A stretch of DNA of 64,000 nucleotides, from positions 8,614 to 72,613 of the forward strand of contig DATLZQ010000052.1 in NCBI GenBank assembly GCA_035573915.1, in the 5' to 3' direction. The position numbers and the translations under genes are program-made. The notes under the pieces were generated by a model that was not told the DNA's origin, did not search any database, and worked only from the letters and a program-made list of their open reading frames with translations. Source of the DNA: Actinomycetota bacterium. Lineage in GTDB: Bacteria; Actinomycetota; UBA4738. Of the stretch, positions 9,577 to 19,437 are shown one piece after another; position 1 is the first letter of the stretch; every line of letters starts with the position of its first letter.

Positions 9577-10560
9577 CTAGTCGGCCGACCGGATCCGCCG
9601 GAAGACCAGCACGTTCAGGACCACCATCACGCTGATGAGGACGAACAGGACCCAGGCCACGGCCGCCGCGTAGCCGAACTTGAAGCTCCGGAAGCCCTGC
9701 TCGTAGAGGAACAGGGCGAGGGTCGAGTACTGCCTGCCGGTCCCGCCCCGGTAGGCGTACTGCCCGCCGTCGAAGACCAGCGGTTCGGCGAAGATCTGGA
9801 GTCCGCCGATGGTGGAGACCACCACCGTGAACAGGATGGCCGGGCGGAGCATCGGGACCGTGACCCGACGGAGCAGCTGGAAGTGGGAGGCCCCGTCGAT
9901 GACCGCGGCCTCGTAGAGCTCCTGGGGGATGGACTGGAGGGCGGCCAGGTAGATGAGCGCGTTGTACCCGGTCCACCGCCACATGACCATGGCCGAGATG
10001 GCCAGGTGAGAGCTCAGGACCCCCGCCTTCCAGTCGATTCGCCCCAAGCCCAGGGACTCGAGGACGTAGTTCACCAGGCCGAAGTGCAGCCCGAAGATCG
10101 AGGTGAACACGATGGCCACCGCCACCACCGAGGTCACGTTGGGCACGAGGAGGGCCATCCGGAAGAAGGTCTTCGCCCGCAGGAACCGCCGGTCGAGGAC
10201 GTGGGCCAGGAACAGGGCCAGGGCCAGCTGGGGCACGGTGGAGAGGACCCAGATGCTGAACGTGTTGCGGAGGGCGATCCAGAAGCGGGGGTCGGCCAGC
10301 AGGTCACGGTAGTTCTGGAGCCCGATCCACGTCCGGCTCCCGATGATGTCCCACCGGTGGAGCGAGACGAAGGCCGTGTAGAGGATGGGGAACAGCCCGA
10401 AGGCCGCGAAGAGGAGGAAGAAGGGCGCCACGTACAGGTAGGGGGAGACCGCCACGTCCAGGCGGCTCAGGGTCAGACGGCGACGGCCCGGGCGGGGCCC
10501 GCTCCCGCCCGGCCGCGCGAGGGGGGACCCCGTCCGTTCGACCACCTGCCCCAGGCTCAC
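9577..10560 (-). CDS. Carbohydrate ABC transporter permease (MalF/LacF-like)
   Basis: Polytopic membrane protein with ABC-permease EAA motif (EAAVIDGASHFQ). Confidence 0.8.
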   Translation of the reverse strand: MSLGQVVERTGSPLARPGGSGPRPGRRRLTLSRLDVAVSPYLYVAPFFLLFAAFGLFPILYTAFVSLHRWDIIGSRTWIGLQNYRDLLADPRFWIALRNTFSIWVLSTVPQLALALFLAHVLDRRFLRAKTFFRMALLVPNVTSVVAVAIVFTSIFGLHFGLVNYVLESLGLGRIDWKAGVLSSHLAISAMVMWRWTGYNALIYLAALQSIPQELYEAAVIDGASHFQLLRRVTVPMLRPAILFTVVVSTIGGLQIFAEPLVFDGGQYAYRGGTGRQYSTLALFLYEQGFRSFKFGYAAAVAWVLFVLISVMVVLNVLVFRRIRSAD

Positions 10561-10615
10561 CCCGACCTCCGAAAGGGCCGGACGGGGGCCGGGTCGGTGC
10601 CGGCCCCCGCCTGCG

Positions 10616-11935
10616 CTAGCTGGACGGACCCACCTCGCGTTCGAGCTCCTCGAGCAGGCTGGCCCAGGCCTCGCCCGGGGACTGCTGGCCCTGCTCGACC
10701 CGCCCGATGGCGCTCTCCACGATAGAGCGGATCTGTCCCTCCTGAGACCCCTCGTAGATCGGGGTCACCTTCATGGCGCTCTCCGCGAAGATCCTCCCCA
10801 CGGGCGCGTCGTTGAAGAACGGGTTGCTGAAGTCCTGGATGGCCGGGTCCGAGTACAGCTCGGGCGTGCTGGGGAAGTTGCCCGTGTGCTCGAACACGTA
10901 GAGCTGCTGCTCCGGGGCGAGCAGCCAGGAGATGAACTGGTAGGCCTCCTGCGGGTGCTGGCCCTGGCGGGGGAGGGCCAGGAACGACCCGCCCCAGTTG
11001 CCGCTGCCCTCCGGCATGGGGGCGATGTCCCACTTGCCGGCGGTGTCCGGGGCCTGCCCCTGGATGTAGCCCATCATCCAGGCGGGGCAGGTCAGGACCC
11101 CGAAGGACCCCCGCTGCATGCCCGCGTTCCACTCGGCGGTGAAGGGGGCGATCTGCGCCGAGATCCCGGCCTGGATCGCCTCCATGGTGAGGTCCCAGGC
11201 CTTCTTCACCTGCGGGTTGCTCGCGTAGACGAGGGTGTCGTCCCGTCGGTAGTACTTCTCGGTCCCCTGGTTCACGATGGCGTTGTAGAGCTGGCTCCCC
11301 GCGTCGATGAAGCCCACCCCCGTGGCCTGGGTGAACCGCCTGCCCACCTCGATGAAGTCGCTCCAGGTGGGCCACAGGGCCCCCACCTCCTCGCGGTCGG
11401 TCGGCAGGCCGGCCTGCTCGAACAGGTCGGTGCGGTAACACATGGCCATGGGCCCCACGTCCGTGGGCAGCCCGATGAGGGCGCTCCCGTCCCCGGTCAG
11501 GGCCTGCTGCCACTTCCACGGGAGGTAGTCGCCCTGGAGGTCACCCGCTCCGAAGTCGAGGAGGTTGTAGAAGTTCTCGGGGCGGGCCTTGAAGGCGGCG
11601 ATGAAGCCGACCTCGATGGCCGCGATGTCGGGCGCCCCACTCCCCGACGCCAGGCCGGCCGTCAGGGCATCGTGGTGGGCGCCGTAGTCGGCGACCTTGG
11701 TCTTGACCGTCACGTTCGGGTGCTCCCGGTGGTAGCGCTCGATGAGCGGACCGTAGCCGAACTCCCCGAACAGCCACATGTTGAGGGTCACGGGCTCCGC
11801 CCCCTGGGGCGAGGTCCCGGGCGCGCCGGCCGTGGGGGGCCCGCCCCCCTGGCAGGCCGCGAGGAGGAGGCCCGCCGTCGCGAGGAGGGCCACCCCCCTC
11901 CGCCTCGGCCGGGGACGCGATCTCGAGGGCCACAT
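10616..11935 (-). CDS. Carbohydrate ABC transporter substrate-binding lipoprotein
   Basis: ATG at 11935 with AGGAGGTGAGG RBS. Signal peptide plus lipobox (LLLAAC). Family 1 extracellular solute-binding protein features. Confidence 0.8.
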   Translation of the reverse strand: MWPSRSRPRPRRRGVALLATAGLLLAACQGGGPPTAGAPGTSPQGAEPVTLNMWLFGEFGYGPLIERYHREHPNVTVKTKVADYGAHHDALTAGLASGSGAPDIAAIEVGFIAAFKARPENFYNLLDFGAGDLQGDYLPWKWQQALTGDGSALIGLPTDVGPMAMCYRTDLFEQAGLPTDREEVGALWPTWSDFIEVGRRFTQATGVGFIDAGSQLYNAIVNQGTEKYYRRDDTLVYASNPQVKKAWDLTMEAIQAGISAQIAPFTAEWNAGMQRGSFGVLTCPAWMMGYIQGQAPDTAGKWDIAPMPEGSGNWGGSFLALPRQGQHPQEAYQFISWLLAPEQQLYVFEHTGNFPSTPELYSDPAIQDFSNPFFNDAPVGRIFAESAMKVTPIYEGSQEGQIRSIVESAIGRVEQGQQSPGEAWASLLEELEREVGPSS

Positions 11936-11951
11936 GGTCCTCACCTCCTGC

Positions 11952-11965
11952 TGAAAACGATTTCG
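11952..11965. promoter_or_regulatory. LacI-type operator-like near-palindrome TGAAAACGATTTCG
   Basis: 14-mer matching the xGAAAACGTTTTCx palindrome found upstream of the adjacent LacI gene. Lies 17 nt upstream of the substrate-binding protein start. Confidence 0.45.
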
Positions 11966-12020
11966 GACCGGACCGAACTCCTGGCGGCCGCGTGGGTGGG
12001 AGCACCCCGGCCGCCCCGCC

Positions 12021-13103
12021 TCACGCACCCATGGCCTTCCTCCCCCCTCTCTCCCGGCGCTTCCTGCCTGCTGCCTTCGCCGCTCCTGCCCCGCAGGACT
12101 CCCGCACCACGAGCTCCGTCGGCAGGGTGAGCACGGGGGCGGGGAGGTCGGGGTCCTCGATCATCCGGACCAGAGCCCTTCCCGCCGCCGCGCCCAGCCC
12201 CTGCTTGTCCTGGCGGACCGTGGTGAGCGGAGGCTGGAGGAGGGGGGCGATCTGGATGTCGTCGAACCCCACCACCGCCACGTCTGCGGGCACCGAGAGC
12301 CCGGCCTCTCGGACGGCCTGGATGGCCCCGGCCGCCATGAGGTCGGCCGCGGCGAACACCCCCGTGGGTGGCTCGTCCAGCCGGAGGAGCTCGCTCATGG
12401 CCCGGTAGCCGCTCTCCGGGTAGAAGTCCCCCTCGCGCACGTAGTCGCTGCGGTAGGGAAGGCCCAGCCGCTCCATCTCCCGCCGGTACCCGAGGAGCCG
12501 GTCCACCCCCGGCTTGGTGCTGGTGGGCCCCCCGATGAGGGCGATCCTGCGGTGCCCGAGGGCGTGGAGGTGGCGGACCGCCTGGGCCGCCCCCTCCACG
12601 TTGTCCGACATGGCGTAACCGGTCCGGGGCCCCGTGAGGTCGAGGTCGATGGCCATGCAGGGCGTCCGGGAGCGGACGAGCTCGTGGACCCGGGGGTCGT
12701 TCCGGTCCACGCCCATGAGCACCACCGCGTCCACCCGGTGGTGACGCGACCGCCACAGGTAGGAGCGGGCGTCGAAGGCCTCGCCCCCCTCCTCCGTGGC
12801 GAACAGGAGGAGGTCGAAGCCGGCCCCCCCCACCTCGTGCTTGAGGCCCACCAGGACCTCCTGGAAGAAGGGGTGCTGGAGGTCGGGGTGGCCCTGCCCG
12901 GTCTCCAGGAACACCCCAATCACCCGGGACCGCCCCGTGACCAGGGACCGCGCGGCCCGGCTGGGCGTGTAGTCGAGCTCCCGGATCAGGGCCAGGACTC
13001 GACGCCGGGTCTCGGGGCTCACGTCGGGGTAGTTGTTGAGGACCCGGGAGACGGTGGCCACCGACACCCCCACCTCGCGGGCGATCTCCCGGATGGTCGC
13101 CAT
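12021..13103 (-). CDS. LacI-family transcriptional regulator
   Basis: N-terminal HTH (ATIREIAREVGVSVATVSRVLN) and periplasmic-binding-like sugar sensor domain. Confidence 0.88.
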   Translation of the reverse strand: MATIREIAREVGVSVATVSRVLNNYPDVSPETRRRVLALIRELDYTPSRAARSLVTGRSRVIGVFLETGQGHPDLQHPFFQEVLVGLKHEVGGAGFDLLLFATEEGGEAFDARSYLWRSRHHRVDAVVLMGVDRNDPRVHELVRSRTPCMAIDLDLTGPRTGYAMSDNVEGAAQAVRHLHALGHRRIALIGGPTSTKPGVDRLLGYRREMERLGLPYRSDYVREGDFYPESGYRAMSELLRLDEPPTGVFAAADLMAAGAIQAVREAGLSVPADVAVVGFDDIQIAPLLQPPLTTVRQDKQGLGAAAGRALVRMIEDPDLPAPVLTLPTELVVRESCGAGAAKAAGRKRRERGGRKAMGA

Positions 13104-13114
13104 GGCGCTCCCTG

Positions 13115-13134
13115 CGTTTTCGAAAACGTTTTCG
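13115..13134. promoter_or_regulatory. Overlapping perfect palindromes CGTTTTCGAAAACG / CGAAAACGTTTTCG (LacI-type operator)
   Basis: Perfect 14-bp palindromes 12 nt upstream of the lacI-family start codon (13103). Fits the LacI-family operator consensus. Confidence 0.5.
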
Positions 13135-13212
13135 GCACTCTAGCCCGGAGCAGGCCCCAAGTCAAGCCCGACGTGGGCTGGGCGAGTTCGCGCCGGCCGG
13201 GGGTCCGCGGCC

Positions 13213-14277
13213 CTACCCCTCGCCGGCGGCCTCCATGGCCCAGCGGCCGAAGGCCCCCCAGAACGGGTCCAGCCCCGGGTGGACCAGGGGGCGTGGCTCC
13301 CCGCCCTCCAGGAGCACGGCCTCCGCCTCGGGAGGCACCACCTCCCCCACGTCGGCGGCCTCGATCCCGGCCTCGGCCAGGGCAGCCAGCAAGCCCTCCG
13401 CGTGCCGGGGGCGCACGGTGGCGATGAGGGTGCCCTCGGAGATCGAGACGTAGGGGTCGATGCCCACGTGCTCGCAGACCGCTCGGACCTCGGGCCGCAG
13501 GGGGATCCGCTCCCGCTCCACCCGCAGTCCCACTCCCGAGGCGGCGGCCAGCTCGGCCAGGCCCCCCAGCACGCCGCCCTCCGTGGCGTCGTGCATGGCC
13601 GTCACCCCGTCCTCCCGCAGGCCGTACGCGGAGGCCACCCGGGCCTCCGGCACGACCGTCATCCGCTCGAAGAGGGCGTCGGCCGCGGCCCAGACCTCCT
13701 GACCCACCCCCGCCCGCAGCCGGTCGGGGAACGTGGCGGCGAACAGGGCCGTGGCCTCGATGGCGGGCCCCTTCGTGACGACCACCCGGTCCCCGGGCCG
13801 GGCCATGGCCGGGGTGACGTAGCGGTCCTCGGCGCCCAGGGCCACGCACGTGGCGCCGCCCACCATGGGCCAGGCGCAGCCCTCGTAGCGGCCGGTGTGG
13901 CCCGTGACCACGGCGATCCCAAGGTCCCGGCAGGCGTCCGCGTAGGCGGCCCAGAGGGCCTCCAGGTCCTCGTCGGAGAGCTCCAGAGGGAGGTTGAGGT
14001 CCACGCTCATCCAGCGCAGGGGCAGGCCGCTCGTGGCGGCGTCGGAGGCCAGGATGTGGACGGCGAACCAGGCGGCCCGCCGCCACCCGTAGGCGGGGAC
14101 CACGAAGACCGGGTCCGCCGTGACGGCCATGACCACGCCCGGTGCCACCCGCACCACCCCCACGTCGACCCCGTGCCGAGGCCCCACGAGGACGTCGGGG
14201 TCCGAGGCCCCCAGGTTCCCGAGGATGGTCCGGGCGAAGACCTCCGGGGTGACCTTCCCGGGCCGTTCCGCCCTCAC
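13213..14277 (-). CDS. AIR synthase-related (PurM-superfamily) protein, possibly thiamine-monophosphate kinase ThiL
   Basis: PurM-like N and C domains (VTADP..., SDAATSG). GTG start. Immediately downstream of thiE and coupled to it through a repeat. Confidence 0.5.
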   Translation of the reverse strand: MRAERPGKVTPEVFARTILGNLGASDPDVLVGPRHGVDVGVVRVAPGVVMAVTADPVFVVPAYGWRRAAWFAVHILASDAATSGLPLRWMSVDLNLPLELSDEDLEALWAAYADACRDLGIAVVTGHTGRYEGCAWPMVGGATCVALGAEDRYVTPAMARPGDRVVVTKGPAIEATALFAATFPDRLRAGVGQEVWAAADALFERMTVVPEARVASAYGLREDGVTAMHDATEGGVLGGLAELAAASGVGLRVERERIPLRPEVRAVCEHVGIDPYVSISEGTLIATVRPRHAEGLLAALAEAGIEAADVGEVVPPEAEAVLLEGGEPRPLVHPGLDPFWGAFGRWAMEAAGEG

Positions 14278-14346
14278 CGGGACTCCCTCAGGTCGGGGCG
14301 CTCGTCCCTCACCGGGACTCCCTCGGGTCGGGGCGCTCCGCCCTCA
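14236..14346. repeat. Roughly 35-bp tandem direct repeat (about 3 copies) spanning the thiE 3' end and the downstream gene start
   Basis: Copies at 14271-14303 and 14306-14338 differ at one position. A degenerate copy precedes them at 14240-14270 and a partial one follows at 14341. Each copy contains CGGTGAGGG (stop TGA overlapping GTG). Confidence 0.7.
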
Positions 14347-14965
14347 TCCCCACTCCTCCTCCGCCTTCGCCCAGGGCCTGCTCCACGGCGGCCGCCAGTT
14401 CCCTGGTGGCCGCCACCGGGTCCGGGGCCGCCCCCACGGCGGAGACCACGGCCACCCCCGCTGCTCCCGCCGCCAGCACGAGGTGCGCGTTGGCCGCCGT
14501 GACCCCGCCGATCCCCACCACGGGCAGCCGGGTGGCCCGGGCCACGGCCCGCAGCCCCTCCAGGCCCACGGGCTCCGCCTCGGGCTTGGTGGCCGTGGCC
14601 CAGACGGTCACGCCGAGGTAGTCGGCCCCTGCCTCCTCGGCGGCCCGGACCTCTTCCGGGCTCCCCACGCTGGCCCCCAGGACGAGCCCCCGTCCGAGGA
14701 GGCGGCGGACCGCCCGGAGGTCCCGGTCCCGGCCCACGTGGACGCCGTCCACGCCGCTCTCCACGGCCACCTCCACCTCGTCGTTCACCACCGCGAGCAC
14801 CCCCCGAGGCCGACACAGCTCCCGGAGTCCCCCTGCCATCGGGAGGAGCTCGCCCGGCCCCAGCTCCTTGGCCCGCAGCTGCACGGCGGTGGCCCCGCCC
14901 GCCACGGCGGCCCTGGCCACGTCGAGGTGGCCCCGCCCCGGGACCAGGCCGGCGGAGGTGAGCAC
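14309..14965 (-). CDS. thiE: Thiamine-phosphate synthase
   Basis: TIM-barrel ThiE motifs (VQLRAKE, VNDEVEVA, GADYLGV..., VVGIGGV). GTG start. Confidence 0.85.
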   Translation of the reverse strand: MLTSAGLVPGRGHLDVARAAVAGGATAVQLRAKELGPGELLPMAGGLRELCRPRGVLAVVNDEVEVAVESGVDGVHVGRDRDLRAVRRLLGRGLVLGASVGSPEEVRAAEEAGADYLGVTVWATATKPEAEPVGLEGLRAVARATRLPVVGIGGVTAANAHLVLAAGAAGVAVVSAVGAAPDPVAATRELAAAVEQALGEGGGGVGMRAERPDPRESR

Positions 14966-15140
14966 GTAGACCCGGAGCCGCCGCCCGAGGTCGGTCCGGC
15001 CCTCGGTCCTCGCTCCCGTCGCTGCTCACCTCCTCCGCAGGCGGCCCTGCCGCGCCGTCCCGCCCCGCCCGGCCGTCGTCCGCCCGACCTCTTCCGCCCG
15101 TTCCCGGACGCCTGGACGCCGGGCGAACGATGATAGGAGC

Positions 15141-15683
15141 GTGGAGAGCCTTCAGGGCCAGCTCCTCATCGCCGGCGGCGGACTGTTCGACCCGAACTTC
15201 CGCCGGACCGTGGTCCTGGTGGGCCAGCACACCGAGGCCGGGGCGGTGGGAGTGGTCCTCAACCGCCCCTCCCCCCGGACCGTGCGGGAGGTGGTCCCAG
15301 AGCTGGCGGATCTGGTCCCCGAGGACGAACCGATCTTCGTGGGCGGGCCCGTGCAGCCCCAGGGGGTCGTCCTGGTGGCGGAGTTCGACCACCCCGAGAT
15401 GGCCGACGTCCCGGTGTTCGACTCGGTCGGGTTCGTCACCGGAGAGCTGGACCCCGAGGTCCGACCGGCCATCCGCCGGGCCCGGGTATTCGCCGGCCAC
15501 GCGGGGTGGGGGCCCGGGCAGCTCGAGAGCGAGCTCGAACAGGACGCCTGGATCCTCGAGCCCGCCCGGCCCGAGGACGTCTTCACCCGGGCCCCGGAGC
15601 GGCTGTGGAGCAGCGTCCTGCGGCGCAAGGGCGAGGCCTACCGCCTCCTCTCGCTCATGCCCCTGGATCCCTCCATGAACTGA
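15141..15683 (+). CDS. YqgE/AlgH-family protein (UPF0301)
   Basis: 180 aa with [19 protein letters not shown]-terminus characteristic of the family. Confidence 0.8.
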   Translation: MESLQGQLLIAGGGLFDPNFRRTVVLVGQHTEAGAVGVVLNRPSPRTVREVVPELADLVPEDEPIFVGGPVQPQGVVLVAEFDHPEMADVPVFDSVGFVTGELDPEVRPAIRRARVFAGHAGWGPGQLESELEQDAWILEPARPEDVFTRAPERLWSSVLRRKGEAYRLLSLMPLDPSMN

Positions 15684-15739
15684 CCGGCGCCGGCCCGCCC
15701 GCTCCAGGCCGGACCGTCCGACCCACCGGGCCAGCCAGC

Positions 15740-16675
15740 TCAGGGCGCCAGCAGGAGCTTTCCCCGGACCCGGCGTTCCCGGATGCGGCGGTGGGCCTCC
15801 GCGGCCTGCTCGAGGGGCAGGACCTCGACGGCCGGGATCCGGACCTCCCCCTTGCGGGCGGCCTCCAGGACCTGGACCAACGCCTCCCGGTTGCGGCCCT
15901 GGGGCTCGATGGTCCCGCTGTAGGTCAGGAGCTGGATGGCCTTGCGGTAGAGGGTCCGCAGGTCGAGCTCGGCCCGGGGCCCGGCCGAGGCCCCGAACAG
16001 GACGAGCCGTCCGAAGGGGGCCAGGGCCTCCACCGCGGCCGGGGTGAACGGGCCGGCCAGGGGGTCCACCACCACCGTGGGCTGGAGGTCCGCCGCGGCT
16101 CGGGCCAGGTCCTCGGGCCCGGCCACCACGGCCCGGTCCACCCCGAGCTCCTCCAGGAACCCCACCTTGTCCGGGCTCGTGGTCTGGGCCCACACCGTGG
16201 CCCCCCGCTGCCGGGCCAGCTGCACCACCAGCGAGCCCACCCCGCCGCTCGCCCCCAGGACCAGGACTCGATCCTCGGTGCCGACCCGGCCCACGTCGTG
16301 GACCAGCCGCCAGGCGGTCGTCCCCGCGATGGGGAGCGCCGTCGCCTGGGCCAGGTCCAGGCCCTCGGGCACGGGCAGGACGGCGGCCTCGGGGACCGCC
16401 GCCCGCTCCCGGTACAGCCCGTCCCGGCTCACCCCGAGCCCCGCCCCCCGGACCACCACCGGCCTCCCGTCGACCTCGCCCGAGGCCTCGGCCCCCGGGA
16501 CGAACGGGAGGGGTTGCGAGCCCCCGGCCACCGTCCCGTCGGTCACCCAAACATCCAAGGGGTTCACGCTCGCGTAGCGCACCTGGACCAGGACCTCCCC
16601 CGGCCCCGGCTCGGGCTCGGGGACCTCGTCCACCCGCAGCGGCTCGCCGAAGGCGTGGATGCGGACCGCGCGCAT
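15740..16675 (-). CDS. Zinc-type alcohol dehydrogenase / quinone oxidoreductase (MDR superfamily)
   Basis: GAS-GGVG Rossmann motif ([17 protein letters not shown]) and MDR fold. Confidence 0.8.
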   Translation of the reverse strand: MRAVRIHAFGEPLRVDEVPEPEPGPGEVLVQVRYASVNPLDVWVTDGTVAGGSQPLPFVPGAEASGEVDGRPVVVRGAGLGVSRDGLYRERAAVPEAAVLPVPEGLDLAQATALPIAGTTAWRLVHDVGRVGTEDRVLVLGASGGVGSLVVQLARQRGATVWAQTTSPDKVGFLEELGVDRAVVAGPEDLARAAADLQPTVVVDPLAGPFTPAAVEALAPFGRLVLFGASAGPRAELDLRTLYRKAIQLLTYSGTIEPQGRNREALVQVLEAARKGEVRIPAVEVLPLEQAAEAHRRIRERRVRGKLLLAP

Positions 16676-16805
16676 GTTTCACCTCCTCCACTCGGGCCTC
16701 GCGTCGTCGGTCCCAGGCTAGCGGCCGTCGGGCCCCCGGGTGGACGGAGGAGGCCGGTGCGGCCGCCCCGTGGGCGGGGCGTGGCACCGCGGACCCTCGT
16801 AAGCT

Positions 16806-16866
16806 CGGCCCCGCCGGACGTGGCGGGCCACGCTGCAGCGGACGGCCCCGCCGGACGTGGCGGGCC
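16806..16866. repeat. Two perfect 24-nt direct repeats, each an internal hairpin (CCCGCC-GGACGT-GGCGGG)
   Basis: CGGCCCCGCCGGACGTGGCGGGCC at about 16806-16829 and about 16843-16866. A third GC hairpin (GCCCCG-TGGG-CGGGGC) lies near 16764-16779. All sit in the divergent intergenic region 45-150 nt upstream of fumC. Confidence 0.6.
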
Positions 16867-16909
16867 GGGACTGCGGATGGTTCCCGTAGGACAAGCCGAG
16901 GAGGAAGGG

Positions 16910-18310
16910 ATGGGCGAGCGAGCCACGCGGACCGAGACCGACTCCATGGGGGCCGTGGAGGTGCCCGCCGACCGCTACTGGGGGGCGCAGACCCAGCGGT
17001 CCCTGCACCACTTCTCCATCGGGGAGGACCGCATGCCGGTGGAGGTGATCCGGGCCTTCGGGGTCCTCAAGAAGGCCTGTGCCCTGGTCAACGCGGAGCT
17101 CGGCAGGCTCCCCCCCGACAAGGCCGAGCTCATCGTGCGGGCCGCGGAGGAGGTCATCGAGGGCAAGCTCGACGACCACTTCCCCCTGTTCGTGTGGCAG
17201 ACGGGCTCCGGGACCCAGACCAACATGAACGTGAACGAGGTCATCGCCAACCGGGCCATCGAGCTGGCCGGGGGCGAGCTCGGCTCCAAGCGCCCCATCC
17301 ACCCCAACGACGACGTGAACATGAGCCAGTCCTCGAACGACACGTTCCCCACGGCCATGCACATCGCCGCGGCCCGGATGGTGGTGGAGCGCCTCCTGCC
17401 CTCGGTGCGGGCCCTCCGGGACGCCCTGGCCCACAAGGCGCAGGAGTTCGCGGACATCGTCAAGATCGGCCGCACCCACCTCCAGGACGCCGTCCCCCTC
17501 ACCCTGGGCCAGGAGTTCTCGGGGTACGTGGCCCAGCTCGACGATGATCTGGTCCGGATCGAGGAGAGCCTCTCCGGCCTCTACCAGCTGGCCATCGGGG
17601 GCACGGCGGTGGGGACCGGGCTCAACGCGCCTCCGGACTTCGGGGAGCGGGTGGCGGCCAGGGTGGCCGCGATGACCGGGCTCCCGTTCGTCTCGGCCCC
17701 CAACAAGTTCGCGGCCCTGGCCGCCCACGACGCCATGGTCCACGCCCACGGCGCGCTGCGGACCCTGGCCGTGTCGCTCATGAAGGTGGCCAACGACATC
17801 CGGTGGCTGGGGTCGGGGCCCCGGAGCGGGCTCGGGGAGCTCATCCTCCCGGAGAACGAGCCGGGCTCCTCCATCATGCCGGGCAAGGTGAACCCCACCC
17901 AGTCCGAGGCCATGACCATGGTCTGCTGCCAGGTGATGGGCAACGACGTGGCGGTGGCCCTGGCCGGGTCCCAGGGCAACTTCGAGCTCAACGTGTTCAA
18001 GCCGGTCATCGCCCGGAACTTCCTCCACTCCGCCCGGATCCTGGCGGACGTCTGCCGGACGTTCCGGGAGTTCTGCGTGAAGGGGATCCGGCCGAACCGC
18101 GAGCGGATCGCCGAGCTCGTGAGCCGCTCCCTCATGCTGGTCACGACCCTCACCCCCCGCATCGGCTACGACAAGGCGGCGGAGATCGCGAAGAAGGCCC
18201 ACCAGGAGGGCAAGACCCTGAAGGAGGCCGCCCTCGAGCTCGGCTACCTCACGGCGGCCGAGTTCGACGAGCTGGTTCGGCCCGAGCGGATGGTCGGCCC
18301 GGAGGGCTGA
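16910..18310 (+). CDS. fumC: Fumarate hydratase, class II
   Basis: ATG at 16910 after [28 protein letters not shown] signature and the rest of the class II fumarase sequence. Confidence 0.92.
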   Translation: MGERATRTETDSMGAVEVPADRYWGAQTQRSLHHFSIGEDRMPVEVIRAFGVLKKACALVNAELGRLPPDKAELIVRAAEEVIEGKLDDHFPLFVWQTGSGTQTNMNVNEVIANRAIELAGGELGSKRPIHPNDDVNMSQSSNDTFPTAMHIAAARMVVERLLPSVRALRDALAHKAQEFADIVKIGRTHLQDAVPLTLGQEFSGYVAQLDDDLVRIEESLSGLYQLAIGGTAVGTGLNAPPDFGERVAARVAAMTGLPFVSAPNKFAALAAHDAMVHAHGALRTLAVSLMKVANDIRWLGSGPRSGLGELILPENEPGSSIMPGKVNPTQSEAMTMVCCQVMGNDVAVALAGSQGNFELNVFKPVIARNFLHSARILADVCRTFREFCVKGIRPNRERIAELVSRSLMLVTTLTPRIGYDKAAEIAKKAHQEGKTLKEAALELGYLTAAEFDELVRPERMVGPEG

Positions 18311-18410
18311 GCCGGCCGTGGGCGATCGGGCCGGGGGCGGGGGTCGAGCCGGGCGCGGCGGCCGAGCGGGCGAGGGACGGGCGGCCGGAGACGGACGGGA
18401 CGGGCGGACG

Positions 18411-19400
18411 GTGGCCGTGGCCGCCCCCACCGGGCGGGAGGTGCGGGGAGCCTACGAGGACGTCCTGGGCCCGTTGGCGAAGGTGGCCTTCCTGGAGGGG
18501 CTCGAGCCACCGGCTCGCCGCTCGGCCCTGGCGGAGGCCGTGGCCCTGGTGACCTGGGACCCCTGGCGGGAGCTCGAGGAGCCCGAGCGCCCCCTCCTCG
18601 CGGGGGTGGAGCTCGTCCAGCTCCTGTCGGCGGGGGCGGACCACCTCAGGTTCGCCGAGCTCCCGGGCCACCTGGTGGTGGCGAGCAACGTGGGCGCCTA
18701 CGCCGAGCCCATCGCCGAGCACGCCCTGGCCGTGGCCCTGGCCCTCGCCAAGCGGCTCCCCCAGAACCACGCCCGGCTGGCCCGAGGGGTCTTCCGGGCC
18801 CAGGGCCCCTCCCGGTGGGTCCAGGGGGCCACGGTGGCCGTGCTGGGCCTGGGCGGGATCGGACGGGCCACGGCCCGCCGGTTCCGGGCCCTGGGGGCGA
18901 GGGTCCTCGCCGTCAACACCACCGGCCGCACGGACGAGCCGGTGGAGTTCTGCGGCACCCTGGCCGACCTGGACCGGGTCCTCTCGCAGGCGGACGTGAT
19001 CGTGGTCTGCCTGCCCCTCACCCGGGCCACCCGCGGCCTCATCGGCCGCCGCGAGCTGGCCCTCATGAAGCCCGACGCCATCCTGGTCAACGTGGCCCGG
19101 GGCGCCATCGTGGACGAGGAGGCGCTGTTCGAGCGGCTGCGGGACTACCCGGAGTTCTCCGCGGGCATCGACACGTGGTGGGAGGAGCCCCGGGCCGGAG
19201 CGCCCTTCCGGACCCGGTTCCCCTTCTTCGAACTCCCCAACCTCCTCGGCTCCCCTCACAACTCGCCCCTCGTGCCGGGGATGGAGGTCACCGCGGCCCG
19301 CCGGGCAGCCGAGAACGTGCGCCGGTTCCTCCTGGGCCAGCCCCTCCGGGGCCTGGTCCGGCGGGAGGACTACGAGCCGGCCCCCGGGGAGGGACGGTAG
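18411..19400 (+). CDS. D-isomer-specific 2-hydroxyacid dehydrogenase family protein
   Basis: NAD-binding GLGGIGR motif and catalytic Arg/Glu/His region. In-frame GTG at 18411 chosen; the listed ORF starts at 18318 but its first roughly 30 aa are G/R low-complexity. Confidence 0.7.
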   Translation: MAVAAPTGREVRGAYEDVLGPLAKVAFLEGLEPPARRSALAEAVALVTWDPWRELEEPERPLLAGVELVQLLSAGADHLRFAELPGHLVVASNVGAYAEPIAEHALAVALALAKRLPQNHARLARGVFRAQGPSRWVQGATVAVLGLGGIGRATARRFRALGARVLAVNTTGRTDEPVEFCGTLADLDRVLSQADVIVVCLPLTRATRGLIGRRELALMKPDAILVNVARGAIVDEEALFERLRDYPEFSAGIDTWWEEPRAGAPFRTRFPFFELPNLLGSPHNSPLVPGMEVTAARRAAENVRRFLLGQPLRGLVRREDYEPAPGEGR

Positions 19401-19437
19401 GGCGCGCCGGCCCCGGGCCGTGGCGTTCGGGCGCTTC

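Noticed and set aside
14966-15140. Possible TPP riboswitch in the thiE leader
   Set aside because: Reverse complement of the region lacks the conserved CUGAGA / GGGGUGC / ACCUGAUCUGGAUAAUGCCAGCG elements. thiE may be controlled elsewhere or non-riboswitch regulated.
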